This document shows, in pieces, positions 1-14,501 of a DNA stretch of 64,000 nt. Position 1 is the stretch's first letter. Each line of letters opens with the position of its first letter. The DNA is from Squalus acanthias (Eukaryota), in the NCBI GenBank assembly GCA_030390025.1, contig CM059433.1, positions 9,116,001-9,180,000 of the forward strand, given 5' to 3'. The notes below the pieces were generated by a model that was not told the origin of the DNA, searched no databases, and was given only the letters and a program-made list of their open reading frames with translations. The position numbers and the translations under genes were made by a program.

Positions 1-1960
1 AAGGGGAGGACATATAAATTGGCCAGAAAAAGCAGCAAACCTGAGGATTGGGAGCAGTTTAGGTTTCAGTAAAGGAGGACAAAAGGATTAATTAAGAAGG
101 GGGAAATAGAGTATGAGAGTAAGCTTGCAGGGAACATAAAAACTGACTGTAAAAGCTTCTATAGATATGTGAAGAGAAAAAGATTGGTGAAGTCAGAATC
201 AGGGGAATTTATAATGGGGAACAAAGAAATTGGAGACCAATTAAATACATACTTTGGTTCTGTCTTCACAAAGGAGGACACAAATAACCTCCCAGAGAGG
301 TCGGGGAACATAGGGTCTAATGAGAGGGAGGAACTGAATGAAATCAGTATTTGTCGGGAAATGGTGTTAGGGAAACTGATGGGATTGAAGGCCGATAAAT
401 CCCCAGGGCCTGATAATCTACATCCCAGTGTACTTAAGGAAGTGGCCCTAGAAATAGTAGATGCATTGCTGGTCACCTTCCAAAATTCTATAGACTCTGG
501 AACAGTTCCCATGGATTGGAGGGTAGCTAATGTAACCCCACTATTTAAAAAAGGTGGGAGAGAGAAAACGGGGAATTATAGACCGGTAAGCCTGACATCG
601 GTAGTGGGGAAAATGCTGGAGTACATTATAAAAGATGTAATAGCAGAGCACTTGGAAAACAGTGACAGGATTGGACAAAGTCAACATGGATTTACAAAAG
701 GTAAATCATGCTTGACTAACCTACTGGAATTTTTTGAGGATGTAACTGGTAGAATAGATAAGGGAGAACCAGTGGATGTGGTGTATTTTGACTTTCAGAA
801 GGCTTTCGATAAGGTCCCGCATCAGAGATTAGCGTGCAAAGTTAAAGCACATGGGATTGGGGGTAAGGTACTGACTTGGATAGAGAACTGGTTGGCAGAC
901 AGGAAGCAAAGAGTTGGAATAAACGGGTCTTTTGAGTGGCAGGCAGTGACTAGTGGGGTACCGCAGGGATCGGTGCTAGGACCCCAGCTATTCACAATAT
1001 ATATTAATGATCTAGATGTAATATCTCCAAGTTTGCAGACGACACAAATCTGAGTGGGCGTGTGTGCTGTGAGGAGGATGCAGAGAAACTCCAGTATAAT
1101 TTGGACAGGTTGGGTGATTGGGCAGATGCATGGCAGATGCAGTATAATGTGGATAAATGCGAGGTTATCCACTTTGGTGGCAAAAACAGGAAGACAGATT
1201 ATCTGAACGGCAATAGATTGGGAAACGGGGAAGTGCAACGAGACCTGAGTGTCCTTGTGCACCAGTCGCTGAAGGTAAGCATGCAGGTGCAGCAGGCGGT
1301 TAAGAAGGCAAATGGTATGTTGGCCTTCATAGCGAGAGGATTCGAGTACAGGAGCAAGGATGTCTTGCTGCAGTTGTGCAGGGCCTTGGTGAGACCACAC
1401 CTTGAGTATTGTGTGCAGTTTTGGTCGCCTTATCTGAGGAAGGATGTTCTTGCCATGGAGGGAGTGCAGCGAAGATTCACCAGACTGATACCTGGGATGG
1501 CAGGAATGACGTATGAGGAGAGATTGGGTCGATTAGGCTTATATTCGCTAGAGTTTAGAAGAATGAGAGGGGATCTCATTGAAACTTATAAAATTCTAAC
1601 AGGACTAGACAGACTAGATGCAGGAAGGATGTTCCTGATGGCGGGGGAGTCCAGAACCAGGGGTCACAGTCTAAGGATAAGGGGTAAGCCATTTAGGACT
1701 GAGATGAGGAGGAATTTCTTCACCCAGAGAGTGGTGAACCTGTGGAATTCTCTACCACAGAAGGCAGTTGAGGCCAATTCATTAAATATATTCAAGAAGG
1801 AGTTAGATATATTTCTTAAGGCTAAAGGGATCAAGGGATATGGGGAGAAAGCAGGGACAGGGTACTGAATTTGGATGATCAGCCATGATCTCATTAAATG
1901 GCGGAACAGGCTCGAGGGGCCGAATGGCCTACTCCTGCTCCTATCTTCTATGTTTCTATA
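1..1960 (+). mobile_element. CR1-clade LINE, 3' part of ORF2 (reverse transcriptase) with frameshifts, plus 3'UTR
   Basis: ORFs 169..1053 and 1062..1868 carry CR1 RT motifs (NYRPVSLTS, QHGF, DFQKAFDKVPH, GVPQGSVLGP, LVRPHLEYCVQFW); short-repeat tail ttctatgtttctat. Confidence 0.93.
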
Positions 1961-2629
1961 ATGACTAAATAGCCAAAGAAAACAACAAACTGGATAAATT
2001 GAATATTCTGTACAGAAGGGATTACATCTGTGAATAGATGGTCAAAATGAGAACTGACCGTCAAAGTCTGATTAGTTCACTGAGGCAATAAATATGATTC
2101 AAATAGCTTACAAAATTGTGCCATTTCCAGCAGATCATATCTGCAAGAGTGATCTAGAGTGGAGAGGTCTTGTACCATCTCCTTTGTTGGAAGTAAAATA
2201 TTTCATTGTTTGTTCACAGGAGAAATATCTCCCATCGTTGCAAAACTTAAGGGATGAGAAAATGTCATTCAGCTAACCAAACCAGTTCTTTCCAAACCAC
2301 ATACTCCACCCAATTCATTTAATCTCCTAAGGACATCTAAAGTTTATTTCCTTATCTCACCCGTTCCAGTTATCTTCCTTGGGGCGACATTAGCAAAATC
2401 CCAGCAGCGAAGGAACAATCACATCCAACACAGTATTCAATCATCTCTGCACATATTTTTCTACAATCCTCAATGTTGTCCAAAACAACTCACTCATTCA
2501 GCTTATTTTTTTTTTTTTAAAGAAAGTGATATCAATATAGCAGCATTTGCTGGAAGTCTAATCCATATATCACTGCTCTGCACTGAAGGAAAAACAAAAC
2601 ATAAAACCTTCCTTCAAGAATTGTGTTTT

Positions 2630-4082
2630 TGGATTGGAAAATTGGAAATGTCACTATTATTTATTTAAGGAGGGAGGGAGAAACCAGGTAACTACAAACC
2701 CATCAGTTTACCATCAATTATGGGGAAATTACTGAAATCTATTGGAGACCAGAGTGACTGAGCATATGGACAAATATTATCTGATCAGAGAGAGTCAACA
2801 TGGATTAGTGATGGGTAGGTCATGTCTGACTAATCTAGTTGAATCTTCTGAGAAGCTCACTAGCATGGAGGATAGGGGAATGTCTATGGAGGTTGTCCAT
2901 ATGGACTCCCAGAACGCATTTGATAAGGTTCTGCACAAGAGAATATTACCAAAAATCAAAGTGCAGGGAATTGGATGTAATCTTGTGACAATGGGTTGAT
3001 AATTGGTTGGGAGATAGGAGACAGAGAGTAAGGATAAAGGAAATGTACTCTGATTGGCAGAATGTGACAAGTGGTGTTTTCCCAGGGATTTGTACTGGGG
3101 CCTCAGCTTTTCACCCTATTTATTAATGACATGGATGAAGGAAGAGTTGGTTAGCCAAGTTTGCAGATGGCACTAAGTTAGGAGGCACAGTAAGTTGTGT
3201 AGATAGGAGCATTAAGTTACAAAGGCACATAGACAGACCAAGTGTGTAGGCAAAATTATGGCAGATGGAGTTCAATTTGGTGAAGTGCGAGATCATCTAC
3301 TTTGGATCAGAGTTAGACGAATCAGAATATTTTCTTAATGGTGAGAAACAGGAGCTGTGGAGGGGCAGAGGGTATTGGAGGTCCAGATACAAAAATCACT
3401 AAAAGTTAGTACACACAGGTACAAAAATTAATCAAAAAGGCTAATGGAATGTTGGCCTTTTATCTCAAGAGGGTTGGAATTCAAAATTGAGCAAGTGATG
3501 TTTCAGTTATACAGACCCTCAATCAGACCCCCATCTGGAATACAGCGTTCAGTTTTGGGCATCAAATGTCAGGAAAGTTATATTGGCCTTGGAAGGGGTA
3601 GAGCATATTCAACAGAATGATACCAGGACTTAAAAGGTTAAATTGTGAGGACAGGTTGCATAAACTTGGCTTGTACTCCCATGAGTTTAGAAGGTTGAGG
3701 GGTGATCTAATAGAGGTCTTCAAAATGATAAAGGAATTTGATAGGGTAGATACAGAGAAACTATTTCCACTGGGATATTCCAGGGGGGGGGGGGGGGGAT
3801 CCAGAACAAGGGGGCATAATCTTAAAATCAGAGCTAGGCCATTTAGAAACATTTCTTCACACGAAGGGTAGTGGAAATCTGAAACTTTCTTACGCTAAAG
3901 GCTGTGGATGTTGGGTCAATTGAAATTTTCAAGAGTGAGACTGATAGATTTCTGTTAGGTAAGGGATATGGAGCAACAGCAGGTAAATGGAGTTGAGGTG
4001 CTAATCAGTCATCATCTAAATGAAGGGCAGAACAGGCTCAAAGAGCTGAATGGCCTACTCCTGTTCCTAAATTCCTATGTTC
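2630..4082 (+). mobile_element. Old, degenerate CR1 LINE 3' fragment
   Basis: Broken RT motifs (ORFs 2742..2999, 3617..3871) and a CR1-type 3' end (gaatggcctactcctgttcc). Confidence 0.85.
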
Positions 4083-4648
4083 AGGCTTGCTTATTTTCAT
4101 GCCTTTTTATGACTTCCTCCCCAATGTATCCTTCTGTATGCATTTTGTTTTAGCAGAATGGAAGCTTTGTTTTTGCAGAATGGTAGCTTTGTTTTTAAAC
4201 ATCATTTTAAAGAATTGCTTGAAAATGAAAAATAACTGAAAAGGAAATGGAGGTTCCCGTGCAGTTGTCGGTACCCTGTATAGCCTAGCTTAGGCAAACT
4301 GTTTCCAGACTTAAATTATCTTGCACAATATTTATGGTTGACCACGCTGGAGGAAGATGTTAAAACTGAGAATATTTTTGGGCCAGGCATATGCGGAATA
4401 ATCGCACAAGAATAACTAAAGTGCTATTCACATCCATACATTTTTAAAAAAACAGTAGAGGGAAAATTAATCAACCAGCATGTAGACACTAGGACATGAA
4501 TATCTAAAAAGGGATATTGTCACAATGATTTTATCCCAATGGATGACAGAAATTCCAATTTATATGTGGAAGTTGAATAAATGAGACCCTATGCGCATCA
4601 CTGAACAATATATATCAATTCTGTAAATGTGCAATCACAATGTTTTAC

Positions 4649-4813
4649 CTTCAAGCTTTTTCAGAAGAAATGATTTTCCGCTTCCCCACTGTGCATAAAG
4701 TCCGACACAAATAGGTGGTTGCATAGTTGGCTCACTCAGGATATCTGCCAGTGCACTGCTATACAGGTCATAACCAAGCATATCTCCATCCGTCTCCGAA
4801 GGTGAGAGATGTC
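4649..4813 (-). CDS. KIDINS220: KIDINS220 exon starting the KAP-family P-loop NTPase domain ([55 protein letters not shown])
   Basis: 165 nt, phase 1 matches the preceding exon; Walker A motif AQWGSGKS; cag/gtaaaa boundaries. Confidence 0.95.
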
Positions 4814-5676
4814 CTGTGATTTTTTTTTTTTAAAAAGGGGGTTATTTTTATACTACAACATGTAATATCATATGAATTAGTTTCACCGTACCTATTTGAA
4901 AAAACAAATTTATACCAAGTAGCAAAGAAAAATAAGGACAGTAAAGGAGCATCAGTCAGTCTGCTGCTATTTAACTACAAGAGACAGATTAGAGAGGAAG
5001 GAGCTAGTTATGAAAGCAAGATAACTAAAGCAGAAAAAGGAATGGGGAAAAAATAAAAGCTGAGCTAAGAAAGAGATCACAACAGAGGATGGCATACATT
5101 ATTAGCACCTCGAACCTATTCAAATGGTATTTTCTTTTTTGACTCCAATATAAACTTATCTACTTAACATAGGAAATCTCCAGAAAGGGAAGGAATATAT
5201 AGTTAAATGATGCTTCAGTTTATTGCAGCTTACAGTGTAACTGCAGTTTCCTCTGAACACATGCAATCTTCAACGATGGGGCTCCACCAGAACAGCTCAA
5301 TGAATGACTTGCTTGTATCGTGGAACCATAAACAAGACCCATTTGCAATTCCAGCGAAGATACAAGCCCTCGGGCCAGCACTGCAACTTTAAAGCAAAAC
5401 TAGCAGAAGTTTGCAGCTCAATACTGCAGAATGAAAATTGATTAGAGACGGCAGAGAGTCGTAGCTGTGCCCTGATGAAATCAAAAGAGGGTGATTTTGA
5501 TAACCAGTCCTGGAACAAGATAACATTTTTTGATGTCCTAGAGAAGTCTATGGAAGCAGCTTCCGTGTCAGAGGAAGCAAATTTCCTATTATGGTAACCT
5601 TTCCCCAGAACTACTGGACTGCAATCACAAGATCAAGTCAATTATAAAGGCCCTATGTGACTTTTCAAAAAAAAAA

Positions 5677-6830
5677 TTCTCAGGATGTGAGCAACACTAA
5701 CAAAGCTGCATTTATCGCCTATCTCTCAATGCCCTGATAATATGGTGGTGGACATTTTCCTTGTGCTGATGGTGCTTCCAAAATGGTGTGAAGATATTAA
5801 ACCAGTTATGATTGCTGCTGTGGGGCTGGGAGGTGCTGTCGAAGTAAGCTTGGCGAGTAGCTGAAATACATCCTGCAGCCACAGTGCACTGGTGGTGGAG
5901 GGAGTGGATACGGAGTTCAGTGGCAGGGACGCTGACCAAATGGATTTCTCCATCCTGGATGGTGCAAGCATTCAAATTTTGTAGCAACGCCCTTCCATGC
6001 AGAAGTATTTTTACACATGCCTAACTTGAGCCTTGTGGATCGTGGAAAGGCTTTAAGGGGGTGAGGCAATGAGCTACACATCGTAGAGCACCCAACATCT
6101 GCTCTGCTCTTTTAATCAGTGATGATACTATTGTTCAATTAAGCTTTTATTCTCTGGTGACCTCCAGGAGGTTAATGGTGGAGGACTTGGCAATGGTGGT
6201 GCTATTGAAGGTCAGGGGAGATGGTTGAGGCTGCTCCATTGTCAAGAGTTGTGAATGGAGCTGGAAATTGTGGAATCATCCGCAAACAGCTCCACTCCTG
6301 ACCTTATGATGAAGAGAAGGTCATTGATGAAGCAGCTGAAGTTGGTCAGGCCAAGAAATCTGCCTTGAGGAACTCAAGCAGCAATGTCCTGGGTCTACGG
6401 CAATTAGCCTCGAACAACAATGAAAGTCGTCCTGTGGGCCAAGTATGACCCAGTCTTTGGAAGGTTTTCTAATTAACCCTCATTGACCTGTTTTCCTAGG
6501 AGTTCCTTGGTGCCATACTCAGCCAAATGCTGCCATGATGCCAAGGGCAGATACTCCCTTCTCTTCGTCCACATCTGTATCAAGACTATGATAAAGTCAG
6601 GAATCAAGTGGTGCTGGCAAGACCTGAACTGAGCACCAGCAAACAGGTCATTGGTGAGTAGGTGTTGCTAGATGGCACTATTGATGACCTCGTCCATCAA
6701 TTTGCTGATGGTTGGTAGGGCAGAAATTGTCCGGTTAGATTTGTCCTGCTTTTTAAGGCTAGGTCACACCTGGGCAATTTTCCAGATTGTCAGGTATATG
6801 CCAGTATCAAAGTTGCACTGTAATCGCTTG
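5677..6830 (-). mobile_element. Degenerate non-LTR retrotransposon fragment of the same family as 32123-35235
   Basis: Collinear similarity with 32123-33530, including the shared 3' end and RT region. Confidence 0.7.
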
Positions 6831-7009
6831 GCAGTGGAGAAAAAGTGGGTCACACACAGGGTACAAGATTCTACTTTCAAGACCTATCTTCCGACTTGCG
6901 GTATGACACGTCCACATTCAAGGCATGTTGGTACAATTTCTCCAGCAGAGTACGGGGGAAAGGTGCCAGTGTGGTTCCTGTTGAAAGTCATCACTTGGAA
7001 ATGCTGCAA

Positions 7010-7833
7010 TTAAATATGGCCCCCACCACAAACTCCATTCCCTAGCCATTGACTCCATCCCTCTCCCTAACATCTGCCTGAGGCTGAACCACACTGTTCG
7101 CAACCTTGCTGTCATATTTGATCCCGAAATGAGCTTCCGACCACATATCCACAGCATAACTAAGACGGCCTATTTCCACCTCCGCAGCATCGCCCGTCTC
7201 CGTCCTTTCCTCAGCTCATCCGCTGCTGAAACCCTCATCCATGCCTTTGTTACCTCTAGACTTGACTATTCCAACGCACTCCTGGCTGGCCTCCCACATT
7301 CTACCCTACGTAAACTTGAGGTCATCCAAAACTCGGCTGCCCGTGTCCTAACTCGCACCAAGTCCCGTTCACCCATCACCCCTGTGCTCGCTGACCTACA
7401 TTGGCTCCCGATTAAGCAACGCCACGATTTCAAAATTCTCATCCTTGTTCTCAAATCCCTCCATGGCCTCGCCCCTCCCTATCTCTAATCTCCTTCAGCC
7501 CCACAACCCCTGCCGAGATATCTGCGCTCCTCTAATTCTGCCCTCTTGAGCATCCCTGATTATAAAATCGCTCAACCTTTGGTGGCCGTGCCTTCTTTTG
7601 CCTAGGCCCTAAGCTCTGGAATTCCCTGCTTAAACCTCTCCACCTCGCTACCTCTCTTTCCTCCTTTAAGACGCTCCTTAAAACCTACCTCTTTGACCAA
7701 GCTTTTGGTCACCTGCCCTAATTTCTCCTTGTGTGGCTCGGTGTCAAATTTTGTGTCTTTTAATACTCCTGTGAAGCGCCTTGGGACGTTTTACTAAATT
7801 AAAGACGCTATATAAATACAAGTTGTTGTTGTT
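7010..7833 (+). mobile_element. L2 LINE 3' fragment
   Basis: ORF 7129..7488 (AYFHLRSIARLRP..ETLIHAFVTSRLDYSN) is the typical L2 ORF2 C-terminus; tail gcgctatataaat-like followed by (gtt)n. Confidence 0.9.
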
Positions 7834-8629
7834 GCAGTTTCCTGTGGTTTAATGCTTTATAACATTATAGGTGGCATGTATTAAGCATAGTTTCTTTTTA
7901 AGTAATGTCATAAAGTGATATGCAACTAGACCTGTCTTCAAGGATAAGAGAATGCATATGTCTGTAACTGCATGGCTCCTTGGCTCCACATTCTAAACTC
8001 CAACATTGCAAATTTGGCCAATTTCCCTTAACGCAACAAATCTCAACTTTTCAATTAATATTCTAACCTAGCTCTGGAAGAAATCGAACATACTCTAGCA
8101 TTACTTCAAGAAATCCACACAAGATGTTCAGTATGCTCTATTCCATATAGCTCTTTGTTCTCCTCCCACTGCTCCTCGAAAAGATAATGACTTTCCTGTT
8201 CATAAAGCTCTCCTGCTGCTCATGGAAAAACAGCATGATGGTTAAGACTGCGAACACGTTACTCTAGGGCTCCATGTCAGGGAACTCAACATACATACCT
8301 CCCATTCCATTTGTCACATACTTTGGATATCGTCTCACTATCCATGTGTGAAGGAAGTGAAGAAATTTCAACTGCTTCCTAAACCCTAGAGTAGACAAGT
8401 TGTCCTGTAGTGCAACCCCTCCTTCAACTATGATCCAAACCTGTCCTGCTTCTCAGAATATGGATCTTGTAGATGTCTAAGCAGGTGTAATCCAACAGCA
8501 TTCAGTTTTTGTTTTAATCCAGCCACATAAAACCAACTATAGAATAACTTTATCCCCTTTTCCACAACACCCATTTCAGCAACAAAAATTAGTTAACGGA
8601 CTCTTCCAATACCTCAAGAGAACTTATCC

Positions 8630-8960
8630 AGTAAGTAACTGGGTTATGCAGACCAAGAAAGCCCCAGGTTGGATCCAAAGTCTACGCTAAGATAGCTAAT
8701 CACTGGTGACATGTCAGCAAGCTGACTACAATTGATTATCATCCCTTGACTAGTGTTGGGAGGGGCGGGAAATCAGCAAGGAATCACACTCCTGATCAGT
8801 ATCCAGTAACCCCTGCTGGAAGTGTCCATGTGCAAATATCAGGACAACATTGGCTTCAACTGTGATGCCCATCAGGTCTCACAGCTGGTTGACACTCACT
8901 ATCAAAGCTCACATGTGAATAATGGTCGCTTGGTACCCATGGAAATATATCCCAAAAGAA
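8630..8960 (+). mobile_element. LF-SINE-like degenerate SINE
   Basis: Recognised core gggaaatcagc..ctcctgatcagtatccagtaacccctgctggaagtg..ctgtgatgccc; recalled from memory, not searched. Confidence 0.55.
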
Positions 8961-11900
8961 GTCAAAGCCCTGGCTGTAGTATTCAGTGGATTACAATATT
9001 CAACTGTTAACCTGTAAAAATCTAAAATTTGAACTAGTCCACCCACCCCCCACTTAAAATGTCCATTTTTAAAATGGGCAGTCGCTTGAATCAGCCAAAA
9101 AGCAATAACTATTACTCATTTTTATTATCGACTTCAAAGTTGCCAGTTATTGCGTTTTAAGTGCTCTGTTTACTTCAGGCAGAAGCAGCTATATTAAGGG
9201 ATTCTGACAATTTAATGAATTTTTATCTTCTTTTTCCACACGGATCGTGGAACTTTATTTCAATTAAACTCAGATTATATCGAATTAAATTAGGTGGATT
9301 CTGTGAATTACAGGATTGAAATTTAACCAGTCTCTTGGTTTACTTAATAATTTCTTTGTTGAGGAATCTCTGCCACTCAACGCTAACACGCAGACGGTAT
9401 ATTTTTGATTCCAATTAAACCGTAGGACATTATTAAAGAAATTGGAGAACATCCCTTTAACAGAGGGATGTTACTACAGCCCATCTGTGGTTAGTGAGAT
9501 GTGACTTGGGCCAGGCTATGAACAGTCAACAGCACAGAGACGAAAAGGAGGCGGTGTCACTGAGCAACAAATGGTTGCAAAAATCTGTAATAGGATCATG
9601 CTGGCGGACCTGGTCAGCGGTCATTCTATATTTACAACCCTCAAACTACAGGTTGCAGACAATCTACTCGTTTTCCGGATAGATAGCGCGAGCTGTTTCT
9701 GTGTCCGGCGTCGCTCAGACCCCATCTGGAGGACTTTTATACCCATATTACAGCGCTACAATGTTATACCGACCATTGCATATAGCGGGCAAATCGCGCC
9801 CGCTACAAGCGGCGGGGACTGTGTAACAAAAAAGGATTCAAGGGACAATTAGATGTGTTTTTGGGAATGGAAGGATATGGTGAGAAGGCATGTAGGTGGG
9901 GCGGATATAAAAATCAAAAAGGAGGCTTACGAACATGCAAAAAAACAAAGTTCAATTGCGGGGCATAGCCCTGCAAACTTGGTGCTTTGTCCCCATTTTG
10001 CACTCAAAAAAGAGGCACAATGGGTTCTAACCCCACAGTTTTTTTGTACTGGATTGTTCTTGCAATACAGCCACGAGCCATGCATTCTATTTGCCTCTGC
10101 AATAGCCTCTCATTACTGGTCGTGCACTTCCAGAGGCTCGTACTACGGTTCCCCGTTTATTTGTTATGGCAGGCAGGATGGCATTACTCTTCAGCATTTT
10201 TAGCTTCCCCCACTGTAAGGTGGGTGGTTCCCTGTCCCTAACCTCCTGAATTATGAAAAATGTTGTAATGGTTCAGGCAAGGACAGCCACCTCACAAGCA
10301 AATGTGGTTTCAATGTTTTTACCTGAAAGTCCTCAATATTCATAGTGTACATGTTTGCAACTTTTATATATTGGAACTACTTTCGCAGAGCCACGATACA
10401 AAATAATGCACCTGGATTCAAATGCTCTGGAAGATTACTCTTCAGCTCCATAATGTCAAGGCCCCAGGTACAGTCAGCTTTTTTTAAGCATAGTTCACAG
10501 GGCTCATCAGAATTTCTGGGTTGCAATAGGGCACCCAGCACACTCAGTATCTCTCCTGATGGGATTGGGCAAAACCTCTCTGTATTTGCCTATTTTATTG
10601 GAGGTAAACTGGTCAGCCTCTTATCTCCCTTTCAGAGTTCCACCTTCCACCTTCTCTTTCACCCTTTTTTCCTCTGACTGGGAATGTAAGTGGAGGTTTG
10701 ACATGTCTTTTAAGACATTTTACATAGTTTTAATTTATATTAAAAATGAATCACTCAACCGGGAGATTTAATTAACTCTTTTTATTATTCATTCAGGACT
10801 ACATACTTCATTGTTCTTCCTTTCTTGGAGTTTACAGACATCACATGGTTCTGTTGTTTACCTATCTTGTTTTAATCATCCTGTTCTGACCTGGTTATGG
10901 TTCTTGTTGCACTCTACTTATTTGCTGAAAATTATAAAATTAAAGAACTTTTAAAAAACAAACCAAAAAAAAATTGAATACAGTAAGGGTACAAGAAAAA
11001 TAAGAGAGGGGGCATGATGTGGATGGATTATTGTAGTGTGCATGATGGGCCAAATGGCCACCTCCTGTGCTGTAAATTTCTATGATTTGATGAAATCAAG
11101 AGAAATTAAAATTTCAGGGGGGAGAATTCTTACTAACGATATGCAAGAATATTTGTTCCATGTCCAACTTTGCTATTTTTGGTACTATATTCCAGAAAAA
11201 AAAAGTGCATAAACCCAGCTCCATTACGTCAAATGGAGTTGAAACTAAAATAATGAATCAGCCATTTTAAACAGTATACCCTGTATGGATCAACAAAGTA
11301 GTTGATAAGCATCAAACTCTGCACAAATTAAAAATAACAACGCTGTGATAGAAGCATTTGGAAACTGCATTGCTGATGTTCAATATAAAAGAAGCTATTT
11401 CATTCACTTAAAGGGAGTTCTATGAATTACATGAAGGCGCTGGGCTTGCAACCAACTGACAACCAAACACATTCTCCAAGCTTTCTTTACTCTCAGTAAC
11501 TACCAGAGTTAATTTTGAGAAACACCTGATCTTACACTTTGCTCCGCCTCCTGTTGTACCACCCAAGAGAAAAAGTTATACCTTGAATTGATGATGACAC
11601 AGCAATCTCATCAAGGTCTTCAGATGATGTTACAAAATGAAGAGCAAAGCAGTTTATAACCATTATTTGAATCGGAGATGAGATTTCAGACTTGTAATTG
11701 CTCCCATTATCATGTTTTTTTAAATAATATTTATTATAATGGCACAGTTCTCAAGAACGTTTTAAGGGGTTTTTTTTTTAATTCAAAACTGCCAGTGATC
11801 ACAAGAATACCGATTGCCAAGTGAAACCTGCATAATCAATGTATGGCATTCAAAGTACCGATGATTGTAGTCTAATCACTAATTTTAGTGATAATCAATA

Positions 11901-12809
11901 TTGTAATCAACTGTGAATTATTAGTTTCTGGTCAAGACAGTGGTACATAAAGGGATTGAACAACATCAAACAGAAAGGGTCGAGTTCAAGCACTTTACAA
12001 TAATCATTGGAAACCTGTTAGTTACAGTCTTGAAATTAATTGCCTACAATATTTTAAATTTTACATGAAGTATTTATTCTGTTTTTGCACCTGCATCGGT
12101 TGCCAGTGCAGATACCAATTTACTCACAGGTATACTGTTCTAGATGATATGACTACTTCAGAAAGTGGCCTGCAATGCATTGCCAGAAAATAACATTATG
12201 GAACTGATTTTCTGCCCCACGTTGGCCTCGATGCAAAAACAGATGGAATGGACCCACAGGTACTCACTCTGCCTGTCCTGACATGACCTGAACCCTGCCT
12301 GGAGTTCCAGGTTCAGGTCATCTGTAAAGGCCTGGCATTCCCTACTCGCAGGCCTATCCCTTGACAGGGAATCAGGAATGGAGAACCAGCCAGAATATGT
12401 CCAGGCCCAAAGATCCACTGCAACACCTGGGCGGGGTGGGGTGGGGGCCAGTGCCTTTTTAAGCCTCACTTGTCTACTGCCAACTTCTGGCACCCAGGTT
12501 TCAGTGTACACCTAACATACTTGCAGCAAAAAAGAGACGGATTAACACCTTAGGCCTTCCCACCTCATTTGGCTGGCTGTTCCTCAACCCTGGAAGATCT
12601 TCAGGAAGCACCTAAATAACATAAAGGGGTAGTTACCAAAGCCACAGTCTCTGCCCCCTTTTTCTTCTCCTTTGTGCCAGGGATAGCTGCACACATACTG
12701 GCATCTCCCAGTCAGTCTCTATTGTAAAATTTTATCTTTCAGAATTATTGATTAGCAGCGACCTGAGAGTTAAGACATTCAGTTCCACTTCTGCAAAAAC
12801 CACAAATGG

Positions 12810-12975
12810 AAATAAGGTGTCACTAGATAGTAATCAGGAGTGAGAACTCTGATAATTGTTTTCCCCCCATACTAGGAGGGGAGGCCAAAGCCTATATTGT
12901 AGCACCGTAGCGGAGATTAGCTTACTTAGCACGGACTTTCCTCATCTGTATGGCTCAGCACCACACTAGATACCA
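12810..12975 (-). mobile_element. LF-SINE-like degenerate fragment
   Basis: Reverse strand reads ..ctcactcctgattactatctagtgacacc, similar to the 8630-8960 core. Confidence 0.4.
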
Positions 12976-13084
12976 TCACGTGCCATCAGAGAAGCCCCGT
13001 GTATTTTTATTTAATTAACCAACTTTGATTCTTTTCACAAACACAAGTATTTCGCGATTGCACACAAACAAGTAAGGCTCTTAC

Positions 13085-13262
13085 TTGCTCCAAATATCTG
13101 TGTCAAAATGCTTTTCTGATGGCTGCAATCTATGTTGTATGGAGTCTCGCTTGCTTTGTTAGGTCGGTATAGTAGACGTCCATCTTTAGGGTTTCTCAAC
13201 AGCAATTCTGCTAATTTTCTGCTTCTCCCACGGATCGCTATGTGAAGTGGAGTGTCTCCCTT
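13085..13262 (-). CDS. KIDINS220: KIDINS220 exon ([59 protein letters not shown])
   Basis: 178 nt, tttcag/gtaaga boundaries, ends in phase 1; manual translation closely resembles vertebrate KIDINS220. Confidence 0.95.
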
Positions 13263-13911
13263 CTGAAACCATAAATAATGAAAACTTTAGGAAAAATATT
13301 TCCCAGCCCAATCATATTGTGCCTTGCTAACCAGACTTCATTTAAAAGACAAGCTTACATAAAGGCAATCAGAACATAATTCTGATTGAAGCATAAAAGT
13401 TCAGCATTCGACTATGCAAAAAATAAGATTTCACAGCAGATTGGCGACATTAAAAAGTATTTATTGGCATCCAAGTTCTGTGATATTACTTTAAAAAAAA
13501 TAGACATACAATATAATTAATTGCAAGTAACTTCTGGGGAATAAAATACTCAAGCACTTTCAGCATTTACATATGTATGTTATTGAATGACATTTTCCCA
13601 TTGGAAGCAGTGCACTATACTTACTGTAGCGGTACAATTGTTGAACACCCAAATGCTCAGTCAAAAAATAAAAATCGAACAAGCAAATTTTCTAAGGCAA
13701 AATATTCACGCGTACCTATGTTTAAGCACTAAAGTTAATAACATACAGAAGGGGCAGCACTTTGCAGCTAAACGAGATATCGCCACTCATTCAGATATTA
13801 TTATTTCCATTAATTTACTTGAGATTTGTTGGCCAAATAACCAATTACTCAGCCAGACAAATCAAATAAACCACTTCAATAAATTCACGAGACAGACAAT
13901 TGCCTGTTTCA

Positions 13912-14310
13912 ATGAGAGGGGATCTCAATGAAACGTATAAAATTCTGACAGGGCTAGACAGACTGGATGCAGGGAGGATGTTTCCCCCGGCTGGGGGGGG
14001 TCTAGAACGAGGGGTCACAGTCTCAGGATACGGGGTAGGACAGTTAGGACTGAGATGAGGAGAAATTTTTTCACTCCGAGGGTGGTGAACCTGTGGAATT
14101 CTCTACCACAGAGGGCTGTGGAGGCCAAGTCACTGAATATATTTAAGAAGGAGATAGATAGATTTCTAGACACAAAAGGCATCAAGGGGTATGGGGAGAG
14201 AGCGGGGATATGGTATTGAGATGGAGGATCAGCCATGATCATATTGAATGACGGAGCAGGCTCGAAGGGCCGAATGGCCTACTCCTGCTCCTATTTTTCT
14301 ATGTTTCTGT
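13912..14310 (+). mobile_element. CR1 LINE 3' terminal fragment
   Basis: Encodes the end of ORF2 plus 3'UTR; close to the reverse complement of 60119-60520. Confidence 0.9.
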
Positions 14311-14501
14311 ATGGAGTACGGCTGCACGTATTTAACCATATTAGTGTCAGTCCCAAACTATCTTTCAAATTGCTACAGAATAATCCACAAATTATACAAG
14401 GTAACAAAATGATTAAATTGTAAAGGTACAAAGTCAAAGAGTTGTGGTGAAAGATAAAATAGACCGTATAGCTAGACAGCAGTGGTGTAGAAAAATTTAA
14501 A

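Noticed and set aside
159..1894. Long antisense ORFs over CR1 copies (e.g. 822..1400, 45158..45712, 45904..46467)
   Set aside because: Shadow frames of CR1 ORF2
4153..4196. 22-bp tandem duplication; also the 21-bp duplication at 56939-56982 and poly-G runs at ~3784, ~20855 and ~25275
   Set aside because: Ordinary slippage products or low-complexity runs
8295..8410. Possible cryptic KIDINS220 exon with donor GAG|gtatgt at 8298
   Set aside because: Weak acceptors; the candidates are frameshifting or contain a stop; flanking exons already join in frame
12282..12322. 12-bp stem atgacctgaacc/ggttcaggtcat
   Set aside because: Short hairpin in probable degenerate repeat DNA; no miRNA or ribozyme features
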